Assembly: GCA_036340075.1 (NCBI GenBank)
Contig: JAYYZJ010000012.1
Location: forward strand, 6,516-70,515
Source of the DNA: Thermodesulfobacteriota bacterium
Lineage (GTDB): Bacteria; Desulfobacterota_D; UBA1144
DNA length: 64,000 bases
Direction of reading: 5' to 3'
A program made the translations under genes and the position numbers. The notes below the pieces were generated by a model. The model worked only from the letters and a program-made list of their open reading frames with translations, was not told where the DNA came from and did no database searches. Of the stretch, positions 21,460-31,567 are shown in pieces. How positions within the stretch are numbered: position 1 is the first letter of the stretch; every line of letters begins with the position of its first letter.

Positions 21460-22692
21460 TTAAAAAAGGTCTGAGAACCAGGTTCTCATAGAGTCCATAA
21501 CTCGCTTAAATACTTGAGCTTCTCTTATTCTTATTTTCTGAGCCCCACCAACATCATTGTGGGATCCCCATAAAAGCAAGCCAACCCCAGTTGCACATTC
21601 GGGACCAGAGACAAGTTCTTCTAGGCCAGTAATAGACGTAGGACGTCCCAATCTTACTGGCATATTCAAGATTTTTTGAGCTAAATGCTCAGCTCCATTG
21701 ATTGCCATTGACCCCCCAGTTACTACGCATCCTGCAGGTAGCATATCATAGTATCCAGATCTCATTATCTCTCTTCTTGCCATTGAAAAAATTTCTTCTA
21801 GTCTAGGTTCAATTATATTAGCTAGCTCCAATTTGCTTATTTTTTTTCTTCCTGGACCAGCTATCTTATCAATTCTTATATCCTCATCTTCAGATATCAA
21901 ATCAGCTGAAGCAATACCATATCTTTCTTTAATATCTTTTGCATCTGCTTTAGAGGCACCTAGTCCAAATGAAATATCGTTATCTAAGAAATCACCGCCT
22001 ATTGTTATGTTGCTTGTATACTTTATTGAACCATCACAAAATACAGCAATATCTGTAGTCCCTCCTCCACAATCTAGTAATACAACTCCGACATCTCTTT
22101 CGTCGGGAGTTAATACAGCTTCACTCGATGCAATTTGTTCTAATACTAGAGATTGAACATCAAGCCCAGAGTTATGGACGCACTTAACTAAATTTTGTGC
22201 CTGTGTAACCTGTGCAGTTACCATATGAATTTTTGCCTCTAGTTTAACACCATAAAGACCAACAGGATCTTTTATTTTCCTTTCTCCGTCAACAATAAAT
22301 TCTTGAGGCATTACATGTATTACTTCTCTATCAGCAGGTTGAGCCCCTGCCGTTGCGGACTCTATTACTCTATCTAAATCTTTTTTTGTTACTTCTCTGT
22401 TTCTTAAAGTAATCATTCCATGCCCATTTAGACTTCTAATATGACCACCAGCAATACCTACAATTACATTAGTTATTTCTGTTCCAGCCATTTTCTCAGC
22501 ATCAACAATTGCTTGTCTAATGGACTGTACAGTGCTTTCTATATTAAGAACAATTCCTCGTTGGAGGCCTTTAGAAGGATGAGAGCTAACACCAATTACC
22601 TCTACATCTCCTGGACCATTTACTTCAGCTACTAGACAGAGAATCTTGGTCGTTCCTATGTCTAATCCTACTACAACATTAGTTTCCGCCAT
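21460..22692 (-). CDS. ftsA: Cell division protein FtsA
   Basis: GLDIGTTKI, DCGGGTTD, C-terminal amphipathic MRTWFSDLF. Confidence 0.98.
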   Translation of the reverse strand: MAETNVVVGLDIGTTKILCLVAEVNGPGDVEVIGVSSHPSKGLQRGIVLNIESTVQSIRQAIVDAEKMAGTEITNVIVGIAGGHIRSLNGHGMITLRNREVTKKDLDRVIESATAGAQPADREVIHVMPQEFIVDGERKIKDPVGLYGVKLEAKIHMVTAQVTQAQNLVKCVHNSGLDVQSLVLEQIASSEAVLTPDERDVGVVLLDCGGGTTDIAVFCDGSIKYTSNITIGGDFLDNDISFGLGASKADAKDIKERYGIASADLISEDEDIRIDKIAGPGRKKISKLELANIIEPRLEEIFSMARREIMRSGYYDMLPAGCVVTGGSMAINGAEHLAQKILNMPVRLGRPTSITGLEELVSGPECATGVGLLLWGSHNDVGGAQKIRIREAQVFKRVMDSMRTWFSDLF

Positions 22693-22709
22693 TTTTAGCC
22701 ATTATAATC

Positions 22710-23390
22710 TTAAAGATTCGATTTTACAACACCTTTTCGTATATTGCTTATATCTATAAAAGAAGGACTAAGTTTCTTTTTACTATAATCATCTAGAATT
22801 TTTTTAAGGTTTTTAACTTTTGATTTATAATTCCCTTTTCCAAAGTAAATATGAGTATTTTTAGAAGTGAATACACTAAATCCTATTATTTCATCATATT
22901 TTATTTCAGAGATTTCTTCTTTTGAAAAGCTTGTTTCTTTTGTAATTAATTCTAATATTTCACCACCAATCCTTAAATTTTCTTTAGAATCTGAAGTGAA
23001 TATAGGAAAATCTATGCCAACTAAATAACTATCAATTCCAGTAATAAAATTAAATTTAGAATCAATGTATCCCTTTTTGTCAGCAACATATCCCACCATT
23101 AAGATTTTTTTTTCTTTTATGTTTATCCGTAGTTTTCTTAAATTAATTTGTTCGAATTTTATTTCATCGATTATTTTAATTGATTTTAGTTTCACTTCTA
23201 CTTCCTCTTTATTTAATACATAGAAGAGTTTTCCTTGAATTTCGGATGTATGAACAATTTCCTCTGAAGATACATATTGATTTCCCTGGACTTCAATTTT
23301 TTTAACAAAACAAAAAATCGGGAAATATATGTAAGTAGCAACGCTTAATATTGAAATTGCAATAATTAGATTTTTTTTTATTTTATTCAT
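22710..23390 (-). CDS. ftsQ: Cell division protein FtsQ/DivIB
   Basis: Single N-terminal TM, POTRA-like VKKIEVQGNQYVS, position before ftsA. Confidence 0.8.
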   Translation of the reverse strand: MNKIKKNLIIAISILSVATYIYFPIFCFVKKIEVQGNQYVSSEEIVHTSEIQGKLFYVLNKEEVEVKLKSIKIIDEIKFEQINLRKLRINIKEKKILMVGYVADKKGYIDSKFNFITGIDSYLVGIDFPIFTSDSKENLRIGGEILELITKETSFSKEEISEIKYDEIIGFSVFTSKNTHIYFGKGNYKSKVKNLKKILDDYSKKKLSPSFIDISNIRKGVVKSNL

Positions 23391-24312
23391 CTATTATTCT
23401 AACTTCCGTCTCGAGTGTAATACCTAATTTTTCTTTTGATTTACTCCTTATTTTTTCTATGAGATCAAGTATGTCGTTAGGATTTGCTCCTCCCAAATTT
23501 ATAATATAATTTGCATGCAATTCTGAGACTTGTGCCCCACCAACAGTTAGACCTTTAAGCCCCAAGTCTTGTATTAATTTTCCCGCAGCAATGTTTTTAT
23601 TATTCATAAATACACTGCCCGCACTTGGAAATTGTACTGGTTGGGTCTCATTTCTATGTTTGATGAATTCTTTAATCTTTTCTTGGGTTTTTGCAATATC
23701 CCCTTTCTCTAAAATAAATTTAGCTCTTGTTATTACATCTTCTCTTTTTATTGAGCTATACCGATAACCAAATTCTATCTTCTCTTTTTTCACTTCCACT
23801 TCCTTTCCTCCTCTAAGAAAGAAAACTGAGACTAATGAGTCCGATATAGTGCCCCCGTTCGCCCCAGCATTTGTTATTAAGGCCCCCCCAATGGTTCCAG
23901 GTATGCCATTTGAAAATTCAAACCCAACTAAGCCTTTTTTGAGTGATTTATTCAAAACAAGACTTAAGGGACATCCGCAGTCAGCTACTATTTCAATCGA
24001 AGTATCTTTATAATCGGAAAAAACTATATTTTTTAATTTTTTTGTACTTATTATTATTGTCTTCTTCAGTTCAATATATAAAGTATTCGTAGCATTGCCA
24101 GCAATTATATAATTTATTTCTGCTTTGATTAAATTTTCAATAATTATTTTTAATTCAACAAGATTTTTAGGATAAGAAATTATTCTAGTAATTGGTCCTA
24201 CTTTCCATGAGGAATAATTACTCATATCGTAATTCTCAGCATGTTCAATCTTGCTATCAATCAAGAATTGCTTATGATTTGCTAATTTTGTTTCTGATAT
24301 CGAATCCGACAT
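23383..24312 (-). CDS. murB: UDP-N-acetylenolpyruvoylglucosamine reductase
   Basis: GIPGTIGGA...NAGA, FGYRYS, PSAGSVF, SELHANYIIN, LETEV. Confidence 0.94.
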   Translation of the reverse strand: MSDSISETKLANHKQFLIDSKIEHAENYDMSNYSSWKVGPITRIISYPKNLVELKIIIENLIKAEINYIIAGNATNTLYIELKKTIIISTKKLKNIVFSDYKDTSIEIVADCGCPLSLVLNKSLKKGLVGFEFSNGIPGTIGGALITNAGANGGTISDSLVSVFFLRGGKEVEVKKEKIEFGYRYSSIKREDVITRAKFILEKGDIAKTQEKIKEFIKHRNETQPVQFPSAGSVFMNNKNIAAGKLIQDLGLKGLTVGGAQVSELHANYIINLGGANPNDILDLIEKIRSKSKEKLGITLETEVRIIDE

Positions 24313-25645
24313 CTCTTATATCTCCTGCTCCCATTGTTATAACTATAGTAGCTCTTTTTTTAGATTCAGAAATAATTTTCTCAATTAATTTCTCTTTAGA
24401 CGAAAAATATTTGACACTATTATTTATTTTTTTTACTTCCTTATAAAGGATATTTGAGCTTAGTTCTTTTTTTGTTTCCTCAAAAGCTGAATATATATCA
24501 ACTAAATATAACTTTTTCCACAATGACAATTCTCTTACAAAATCTTTAAAAAGTATTTGAGTTCTAGAAAATCTATGTGGTTGAAAAACTAAGACAATAT
24601 TGGTATTTTTGTTTTGATTTTCAAGACTTTGTCTGATTGCCGCTACTGCATTAGGATGGTGGCCATAATCATCAATTATGGTTAATTTCTTAGTCTTTGC
24701 TATTACCTCGAATCTTCTTGATGGAGCTGTAAACTTATTAAGGTTTTTTCTAATTGATTCTAAATTCCCTCCTGCTTCCAATACGGTAATTACAGAGCAG
24801 ACCGAATTATAAAGGTTGTATTCTCCATTAAGTTTTGATGAAAATTCTCCTAAATCTATGTTCTGCTTTTTTAATGAAAATTTTATCCCATCAGATTTTT
24901 TTAGAATCTTGAATTGATAAGTATTTTTTTTATTTTTGTACTGCCCAAATTTAATTATTTTCTTAGAATTGATGTTTTTAAGTAGATTTCTTGTTGTCCC
25001 ACAATCATTATTGACTATGCATTTTGATTTGGGAGATTTAGCAAATTTTAGAAAAGCATCTTTAAGATTTCTTTTGGTTTTGTAAAAATCCAGGTGGTCA
25101 TTATCTATATTTGTTATAACAGAAATATATGCATCCAAATAATTAAAGCTATTGTCGCTTTCATCCGCTTCTAATACACAAATCTTTGAAGAACCATAAT
25201 AAAAGTTCGACTTTAATCTTTTATCTATCGCACCCAAGAACAAAGTTGAGTCAATCTTGCTTCTGTTCAACAAGAATTGAGTCATAGCAGAGGTAGTGCT
25301 TTTGCCGTGGCAACCCGAAATTGCTATATTCTTATATCCTTTTGTGAACAATCCTAAGGCTTTTCCTCGGGAAATAATTTTAATCTTCTTTTTTCTTGCT
25401 GCCATGATTTCTGGATTATCTTTGCCTATAGCAGTGGAGGTGATTACCAAATCATGATTAGAAATATTTTCTGCTTTGTGAGCATTATGTATTAAGCAAC
25501 CCAATTTTTTCATTTTATTTATGGTAGGGCTTCTTGAAATATCTGATCCACTAATTATCTTCTTCTTCTTCAATAGGAATTGTGCTAAAGAGCTCATTCC
25601 AACTCCTCCAATACCAACAAAATGAACTCTTTTTATTGTTTTCAA
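24272..25645 (-). CDS. murC: UDP-MurNAc-L-Ala ligase
   Basis: HFVGIGGVGMS, GCHGKSTT, EADESD, DDYGHHP, FQPHRFSRT; TTG start. Confidence 0.96.
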   Translation of the reverse strand: MKTIKRVHFVGIGGVGMSSLAQFLLKKKKIISGSDISRSPTINKMKKLGCLIHNAHKAENISNHDLVITSTAIGKDNPEIMAARKKKIKIISRGKALGLFTKGYKNIAISGCHGKSTTSAMTQFLLNRSKIDSTLFLGAIDKRLKSNFYYGSSKICVLEADESDNSFNYLDAYISVITNIDNDHLDFYKTKRNLKDAFLKFAKSPKSKCIVNNDCGTTRNLLKNINSKKIIKFGQYKNKKNTYQFKILKKSDGIKFSLKKQNIDLGEFSSKLNGEYNLYNSVCSVITVLEAGGNLESIRKNLNKFTAPSRRFEVIAKTKKLTIIDDYGHHPNAVAAIRQSLENQNKNTNIVLVFQPHRFSRTQILFKDFVRELSLWKKLYLVDIYSAFEETKKELSSNILYKEVKKINNSVKYFSSKEKLIEKIISESKKRATIVITMGAGDIRDVGFDIRNKISKS

Positions 25646-26745
25646 GCGATCTCCTTTAATATCGTATTACATATCGTGTTCACAGAAGAAGTCTTTTGAT
25701 TTGATTCTTCCTTGGATTTTTTATAAACAAAACTTATTTCTTCATGAAAAAGAAGATTGATTACCTTGTTACACAAAATAGAATTTTCTTCATCTTCTAA
25801 GTGAATCATTGCAAGCTTTTTATTGGAAAGCTCAACCGCATTTAAATATTGATGATTGTTCGTAGATGTCTTTATAGGAACAAGAATAGGCAGGATAGGA
25901 AATTGACTAACTTCACTTGTAGTGCTTGCTCCAGCCCTTGAGATTAGTATTTTGCTAGAAGAATAATATTCTTCTAGATTGTGGATAAATTCGAAAGTTT
26001 CGAATTCGAAAAATTTATATTGATCCCTAAGTTTTTGATAATAATTTTTTACTCTTATATTGTCGCTAATTCCTGTCTGATGGACTAAGGAAATTTTTTG
26101 GCCATTCTCAATAAATCTTTCTTTAACCTTTTCTAACATATTTTGAATTGCTAAAAGAACCTTCGAATTTAATACTTCTGATCCTTGACTGCCTCCTAGA
26201 ATTAGAATGTCAATTTTATTTTTTTCACTTTTCTTAGGAAAGAACTCTCTTACGGGGTACCCTGAAGTTATGCACTTATTCTTGGGAAAGTATTTTTTCG
26301 TCTCATCGAAGTTAATAAAAATCTTTTTAGAAAACTTACCAATTAATTTATTTGATAAACCAGGTACTGAATTCCCTTCTATTATAAATATCTTCACACC
26401 TTTTAAATATCCACAAATAGACACTGGGAGAGATACGAATCCTCCAGTACCTATTATTACATCGGGCTTGAATTGATTTATAATTTTATTTGATTGGATT
26501 ATAGATAGAAGCAATGCGAAGATTGCTTTAATCTTTCCGAGGAAAGTTTTGCCTTTGAAACCCAACGAATCAATTTCAAATAATTTTTCTGTTGAATATT
26601 TGTCTAGCAGGTCAACTTTTATTTTTTTTGTATTTACAAAAGAAACCAATATTTTATTGTCTAATTTTTTTAAATTTTTTGCTATTGCTACCCCAGGAAA
26701 AATATGACCACCTGTTGCACCAAGAGTTATAAGTATCTTCTTCAT
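25642..26745 (-). CDS. murG: Lipid II GlcNAc transferase
   Basis: TGGHIFP, GTGGFVS, GGSQGS, SRAGAST, HQYLNA. Confidence 0.95.
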   Translation of the reverse strand: MKKILITLGATGGHIFPGVAIAKNLKKLDNKILVSFVNTKKIKVDLLDKYSTEKLFEIDSLGFKGKTFLGKIKAIFALLLSIIQSNKIINQFKPDVIIGTGGFVSLPVSICGYLKGVKIFIIEGNSVPGLSNKLIGKFSKKIFINFDETKKYFPKNKCITSGYPVREFFPKKSEKNKIDILILGGSQGSEVLNSKVLLAIQNMLEKVKERFIENGQKISLVHQTGISDNIRVKNYYQKLRDQYKFFEFETFEFIHNLEEYYSSSKILISRAGASTTSEVSQFPILPILVPIKTSTNNHQYLNAVELSNKKLAMIHLEDEENSILCNKVINLLFHEEISFVYKKSKEESNQKTSSVNTICNTILKEIA

Positions 26746-27848
26746 TTCCTTTTCTTATCTAAAGCTAGAATCAATCCCATCGCAACCAATGTAAAAACTA
26801 GTGAGCTTCCTCCATAGCTTATAAATGGTAATGGCATACCCTTTGTAGGAAGAAGTCCTACCGTAACAGAAATATTAATTATTATTTGTAATGAAGTAAT
26901 AATTATTATCCCAGCCATTAAATTTCTTACAAAAAGATTTTTTGCTCTATCAATCATCTTGAATCCACTATAAATTAAACATACAAACAGAGAAATAAAA
27001 ACACTACTCCCAACAATGCCTAATTCCTCTGCAATTATAGAGAATATGAAATCGTTATGTTGATGAGGTAAGAAGAATAATTTTTGAGTACTATTTCCCA
27101 ATCCAACTCCAAACCAATTTCCTTTTGCCAATGCTATGTAAGATTGAATTATTTGCCATCCTGCACCCTCTGGATCACCATAGGGGTCCAGAAATGATAA
27201 TAGTCGCTTCATTCTATAAGGTGCGACCCATATTAAACTTACAAATGAAGCAGAAAGTAGAAGAAATATTGAGACAATATGAGAAAATCTTGCCCCAGAT
27301 ACGATAATCATGGTGAAAACAGTAGTTCCGAGGAGTACCAGATTCCCAAAATCAGGTTGAAGACTTAAGAGCACAGCATAAGGAAAAAAAGGCAAAATAG
27401 AAGATACAACTCCAATTTTGAACTCCCTTATTCTCATGCCCTTCTTAGCTAAATGTTGTGCCATAAAAATTAGCAACATGTACTTCGTTATTTCTATTGG
27501 TTGGAAAGAGAAAGAAATTAAATTGATCCATCTTGTTCCACCACCAGCCGTTTTTCCTAATATAGGAACAAACACAAAAACAAGCATTATAATTCCGAGA
27601 AAATAAAATAGCCTATATTTTTTTTCTAGTATGTCTGTATCAATCTTGGAACAAACAAAAAACAGGATTAAACCTATTACTAAGAAAATGGATTGTTTCT
27701 TTAGAAAAAATAAATAGTCACCATGGTGCTCCATTCCACTAACAGAGCTTGAGCTAAACACCATAAGCAACCCCAGAATAGATAGGACCAGGATTGATAA
27801 AATAAAAAGTTTCCTAGGTTCCACGATGTTAATATAATTTTTTAACAT
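26742..27848 (-). CDS. ftsW: SEDS peptidoglycan polymerase FtsW (start revised to ATG 27848)
   Basis: Multi-TM; RWI, QPDFG, HNDFIFSIIAEE, LPFISYGGSS. Confidence 0.95.
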   Translation of the reverse strand: MLKNYINIVEPRKLFILSILVLSILGLLMVFSSSSVSGMEHHGDYLFFLKKQSIFLVIGLILFFVCSKIDTDILEKKYRLFYFLGIIMLVFVFVPILGKTAGGGTRWINLISFSFQPIEITKYMLLIFMAQHLAKKGMRIREFKIGVVSSILPFFPYAVLLSLQPDFGNLVLLGTTVFTMIIVSGARFSHIVSIFLLLSASFVSLIWVAPYRMKRLLSFLDPYGDPEGAGWQIIQSYIALAKGNWFGVGLGNSTQKLFFLPHQHNDFIFSIIAEELGIVGSSVFISLFVCLIYSGFKMIDRAKNLFVRNLMAGIIIITSLQIIINISVTVGLLPTKGMPLPFISYGGSSLVFTLVAMGLILALDKKRK

Positions 27849-29091
27849 ACTCTTTAAATTTATCTCCTCTTTCAGAATATGATTTAAATTGATCAAAGCT
27901 TGATGTGCCTGGACTAAACAACAAAGTTCCACCCTTGGCTGAACTCTTCAATCCCTGTAGGACAGCATCGAATAAATCTGCTGCTATTATTTTCACCTTC
28001 GTATCAAAAGTTTTTGCAAGCTCAAATTTATTCTCTCCGAAAAGTATCAATGTATTAATTTTTGTTTTCACACTGTTCCTTATTAGTGAGTAATCTAATT
28101 TCTTATCTTTCCCTCCCATTATTAACACAGATTTTCCATCTAAGCTATTAATTGCAACTTGTGTTGCTTCAGGAGAGGTGGACTTTGAATCATTAATTAT
28201 AATCCCTCTTCTATTCTTCTTTACTATTTCGAGTCTATGATTCAAAGGTTTGAATTTTTTTAATATATTTAGTTCTTTAGCGCCAAGTTCTTTTAAAATA
28301 GAGCAGATAGTAATAGCGAAAGCTATATTTGTTAAATTGTGCTTACCTATAAGTTGAATATCTTTTATATCTAACCTATATTTTTTCCCGACCAATAGCC
28401 CATTTTTGAGTATTTTTAAATTCTCGTTTCTTGTTGGATTACAAAAAATAGGAAAATTATTTTTTGTTATATTTCTATATATGTCCTTAGAGCAAACGGC
28501 AAAACAATCTTTGTCTTGATTGTTAAAGATTTTCATTTTTGACCCTACATACTCTTTCATGTTTGCGTGATGATCTAAATGATTCTCTGATATATTTAGA
28601 AATGCTGATATTAAAGGCTTAAAAGATGATTGTATAAATTGGAGCTGAAAACTACTTACTTCGACTAAAATTAAATCCTTATTTTGTTTTTCAAGCAAAT
28701 AGCTTATTAAGGGTTTGCCAATATTTCCACCCAAAAATACCTTGTACCCTAAGCTTTTTAGTAATTCATACGTTAGCATTGTTGTAGTTGTCTTTCCATT
28801 TGTTCCAGTAATAGCAACTATAGGGGTTTTAATATACCTAGAAGCAAATTCTATTTCACTCAGTATCTTTTTTCCCGATTTGATTGCCAATTTAATATTT
28901 TTGTTTCTTAATCCTATACCTGGGCTTACTATTATTTCTTCACAATTTTTTAACAAATCTTTAAATTCATATTTTGTTTTCGACACACTATTATCATCGA
29001 AAGTTATATAGGAAATTCTCTTTTTTCTACAGAATTTTCTTAACTCAACACCAGTCACTCCCATCCCATAAATAAGCACTTTCTTTTTCAT
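27829..29091 (-). CDS. murD: UDP-MurNAc-L-Ala-D-Glu ligase
   Basis: ITGTNGKTTT, GGNIG, EVSSFQL, NDSKST, SPGTSSFDQF. Confidence 0.96.
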   Translation of the reverse strand: MKKKVLIYGMGVTGVELRKFCRKKRISYITFDDNSVSKTKYEFKDLLKNCEEIIVSPGIGLRNKNIKLAIKSGKKILSEIEFASRYIKTPIVAITGTNGKTTTTMLTYELLKSLGYKVFLGGNIGKPLISYLLEKQNKDLILVEVSSFQLQFIQSSFKPLISAFLNISENHLDHHANMKEYVGSKMKIFNNQDKDCFAVCSKDIYRNITKNNFPIFCNPTRNENLKILKNGLLVGKKYRLDIKDIQLIGKHNLTNIAFAITICSILKELGAKELNILKKFKPLNHRLEIVKKNRRGIIINDSKSTSPEATQVAINSLDGKSVLIMGGKDKKLDYSLIRNSVKTKINTLILFGENKFELAKTFDTKVKIIAADLFDAVLQGLKSSAKGGTLLFSPGTSSFDQFKSYSERGDKFKEYVKKLY

Positions 29092-29092
29092 T

Positions 29093-30193
29093 TTATCTAA
29101 TTTTTAAAGTAGCGATTGCAAACAAAGCCAAGAGAATTGATATAATCCAAAATCTTATTACAATTTTTGATTCTACTACACCTTTCTTTTCAAAATGATG
29201 GTGAATTGGTGCAATTAAAAAAAATCTTTTTCCAAAGAATCTAAAAGAAATTATTTGGATAATCACTGACAATGCTTCTATTACAAATACTCCTCCTAAT
29301 ATTAATAAAAGTATTTCTTGTTTAATTAAGATAGAAACAATACCAATACTAGCCCCTAAAGGTATAGACCCAACATCTCCCATAAATATTTGAGCAGGGT
29401 TAGAGTTGAACCACAAGAAAGCAAGCATGGCACCTAAGATTGCCGAGAGAAAGATTGTTATTTCAGCTACACCTCCAACAAATGGAACATATAGGTATCC
29501 TGCATAAAGAGGGCTCCCAACTATGTAAGCAATAACAATTAGTGCGGAAACGGTTGATATAATTGAACCTGTAGCTAAACCATCTAAGCCATCTGTTATA
29601 TTGACAGCGTTTGCAGATCCAATAATTACCAAAAAACAAAAGATAAAATAAATGAGTCCCAAATCTAAAACAGCTTTAGTAAATGGAAATGAGATTGTAG
29701 TTAATCCCTGGCTAAAGAAAATGTTTGATTGATACAAAACAATAACCAAGATGATTGTCAATAGAATTTGGAGGAATAGTTTTTTAAATAATGGAAGACC
29801 ACTACCATTTTTGAGTTTTATATAATCGTCAAAGAAACCTGATAATGCAAAAACTATATAAGTGATTAAGCATATCAAAAAAGGATAAATAGGATAATCA
29901 GATAAAGATTTATAGAATTTACCGCATACAAGACACGAAAGAATAACCGCAATTGCAATTATAATCCCCCCCATATTAGGCGTACCACTTTTTTGCTTAT
30001 GAGTGGTTTCAAGAAATTGACTAATATTTTCTGTAACTTTATTTACGGTAAAAATTTTTATAAATCTTGGGGTTAGAAACATTACAGTTAAAAATGAGAT
30101 TGAACCAGCAAGAAATGACCTAAAAGTTATATATTGAAAAATATTTAGAAAAGTATATGAATCTACAAAATTCAGATATAGGTAATAAAGCAT
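29093..30193 (-). CDS. mraY: Phospho-MurNAc-pentapeptide transferase
   Basis: GTPNMGG, DDYIK, NAVNITDGLDGL, FMGDVGS, APIHHHFE. Confidence 0.97.
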   Translation of the reverse strand: MLYYLYLNFVDSYTFLNIFQYITFRSFLAGSISFLTVMFLTPRFIKIFTVNKVTENISQFLETTHKQKSGTPNMGGIIIAIAVILSCLVCGKFYKSLSDYPIYPFLICLITYIVFALSGFFDDYIKLKNGSGLPLFKKLFLQILLTIILVIVLYQSNIFFSQGLTTISFPFTKAVLDLGLIYFIFCFLVIIGSANAVNITDGLDGLATGSIISTVSALIVIAYIVGSPLYAGYLYVPFVGGVAEITIFLSAILGAMLAFLWFNSNPAQIFMGDVGSIPLGASIGIVSILIKQEILLLILGGVFVIEALSVIIQIISFRFFGKRFFLIAPIHHHFEKKGVVESKIVIRFWIISILLALFAIATLKIR

Positions 30194-31567
30194 TTAAATT
30201 TTTAGAGAATCGAAAATTTTTTCCATTCTCATTCCTCTCGATCCTTTTACTAGGATAACAGTATTAGTAATAGAATCTAAATCGATAAAATCTATAATTT
30301 GTGAATGCTCTACAATTTTAATAAAACGTGTAGTTTCTTTTAAATTTATGGAATAGTTTTCAGAGTTATCTCCATATGCGTATAGCTCCTTAAAGCCGTT
30401 ATCTGAAATTTCTTTACCTATTTTAATATGCTCATCTTCTGCTAAATCTCCCAGTTCAAGCATATCCCCCAATATGGCAATCTTCTCCTTTGTTGAAAAA
30501 ATTTTACTTGTCATTTCAATCGCAGATTGCATTGAATTTGGATTAGCATTGTAAGTATCATTAATTATGACGTTTCCGTTTTTCAATTTGATTATTTTAA
30601 ATCTGTTATCTATACCGGCGAATTCTTCAATACCATTTTTGATTTGTTCTAATTCTAATCCAGCCATAATGCTTAATGACGCTGAACATAAACAATTATA
30701 AATATTATGAACCCCGGGAGCCATCAAATTTATTTTTATATTTTTTTTGTTATAACATAAGTCAAACTCAGAATAATTAGTCGAAATATTATTAGCACTT
30801 ACATCAGCTTTATTCTTAATTCCAAAACTAATCTTCTTACATTCAATTTCTAAGAAATAATCTTTTAAGAATCGATTATCAAAATTAAATGAGAAAATAG
30901 AATCGGAGTTAAAGAAACAAGCGATATCTTTTTTCTCATGAAAAACTGTTTTTTCATTTTTCAATTTCTCTGTATGCCCTTTTCCGATATTTGTAATAGT
31001 TGCAAACTGTGGTCTAGCTATATTAGCCAGTCTTCTTATTTCTCCTTCTGAGTTGGTGCCCATTTCTAAAACTAGGGCTTCATGATTATTCGTTAAATTC
31101 ATAATAGTCAATGGCAAACCAATTAAATTGTTAAAATTCCCTTTTGTTGATAAAATTTTAAATTTTTTTGAAAGAATAGAACTTAATAGTTCTTTTGTAG
31201 TTGTCTTTCCATTAGTTCCCGTTATTCCAAAAATTTTAATATTTTTATTTTTGGTAATTAGAAATGATGCAAGATTTTCTAGAAATTTCGTCGTCGAATC
31301 TACCAAGATTCCGCCTTTATCGATATTTTTGTCTTCTGTTATAAAAAATTTACATCCTTTTGCTATTGCTTCATTAGCAAACTTGTTTCCGTCAAAACTA
31401 TCACCCTTTAGGGCTAAGAACACATCATCTTTTTTTATTGTTCTACTATCTGTAGATATTGTATTGAAGTCTGATAAATTTACTTTAGGATCTACTTTCA
31501 GTACACCTTTGTATGATTTTACAAAATCTTTAAAGTGTAAATTTAATATTTTATTTCTTTCAGACAT
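30194..31567 (-). CDS. murF: UDP-MurNAc-tripeptide-D-Ala-D-Ala ligase
   Basis: GNFNNLIGLP, EMG, DTYNANP, GDMLELG, KGSRGM. Confidence 0.96.
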   Translation of the reverse strand: MSERNKILNLHFKDFVKSYKGVLKVDPKVNLSDFNTISTDSRTIKKDDVFLALKGDSFDGNKFANEAIAKGCKFFITEDKNIDKGGILVDSTTKFLENLASFLITKNKNIKIFGITGTNGKTTTKELLSSILSKKFKILSTKGNFNNLIGLPLTIMNLTNNHEALVLEMGTNSEGEIRRLANIARPQFATITNIGKGHTEKLKNEKTVFHEKKDIACFFNSDSIFSFNFDNRFLKDYFLEIECKKISFGIKNKADVSANNISTNYSEFDLCYNKKNIKINLMAPGVHNIYNCLCSASLSIMAGLELEQIKNGIEEFAGIDNRFKIIKLKNGNVIINDTYNANPNSMQSAIEMTSKIFSTKEKIAILGDMLELGDLAEDEHIKIGKEISDNGFKELYAYGDNSENYSINLKETTRFIKIVEHSQIIDFIDLDSITNTVILVKGSRGMRMEKIFDSLKI

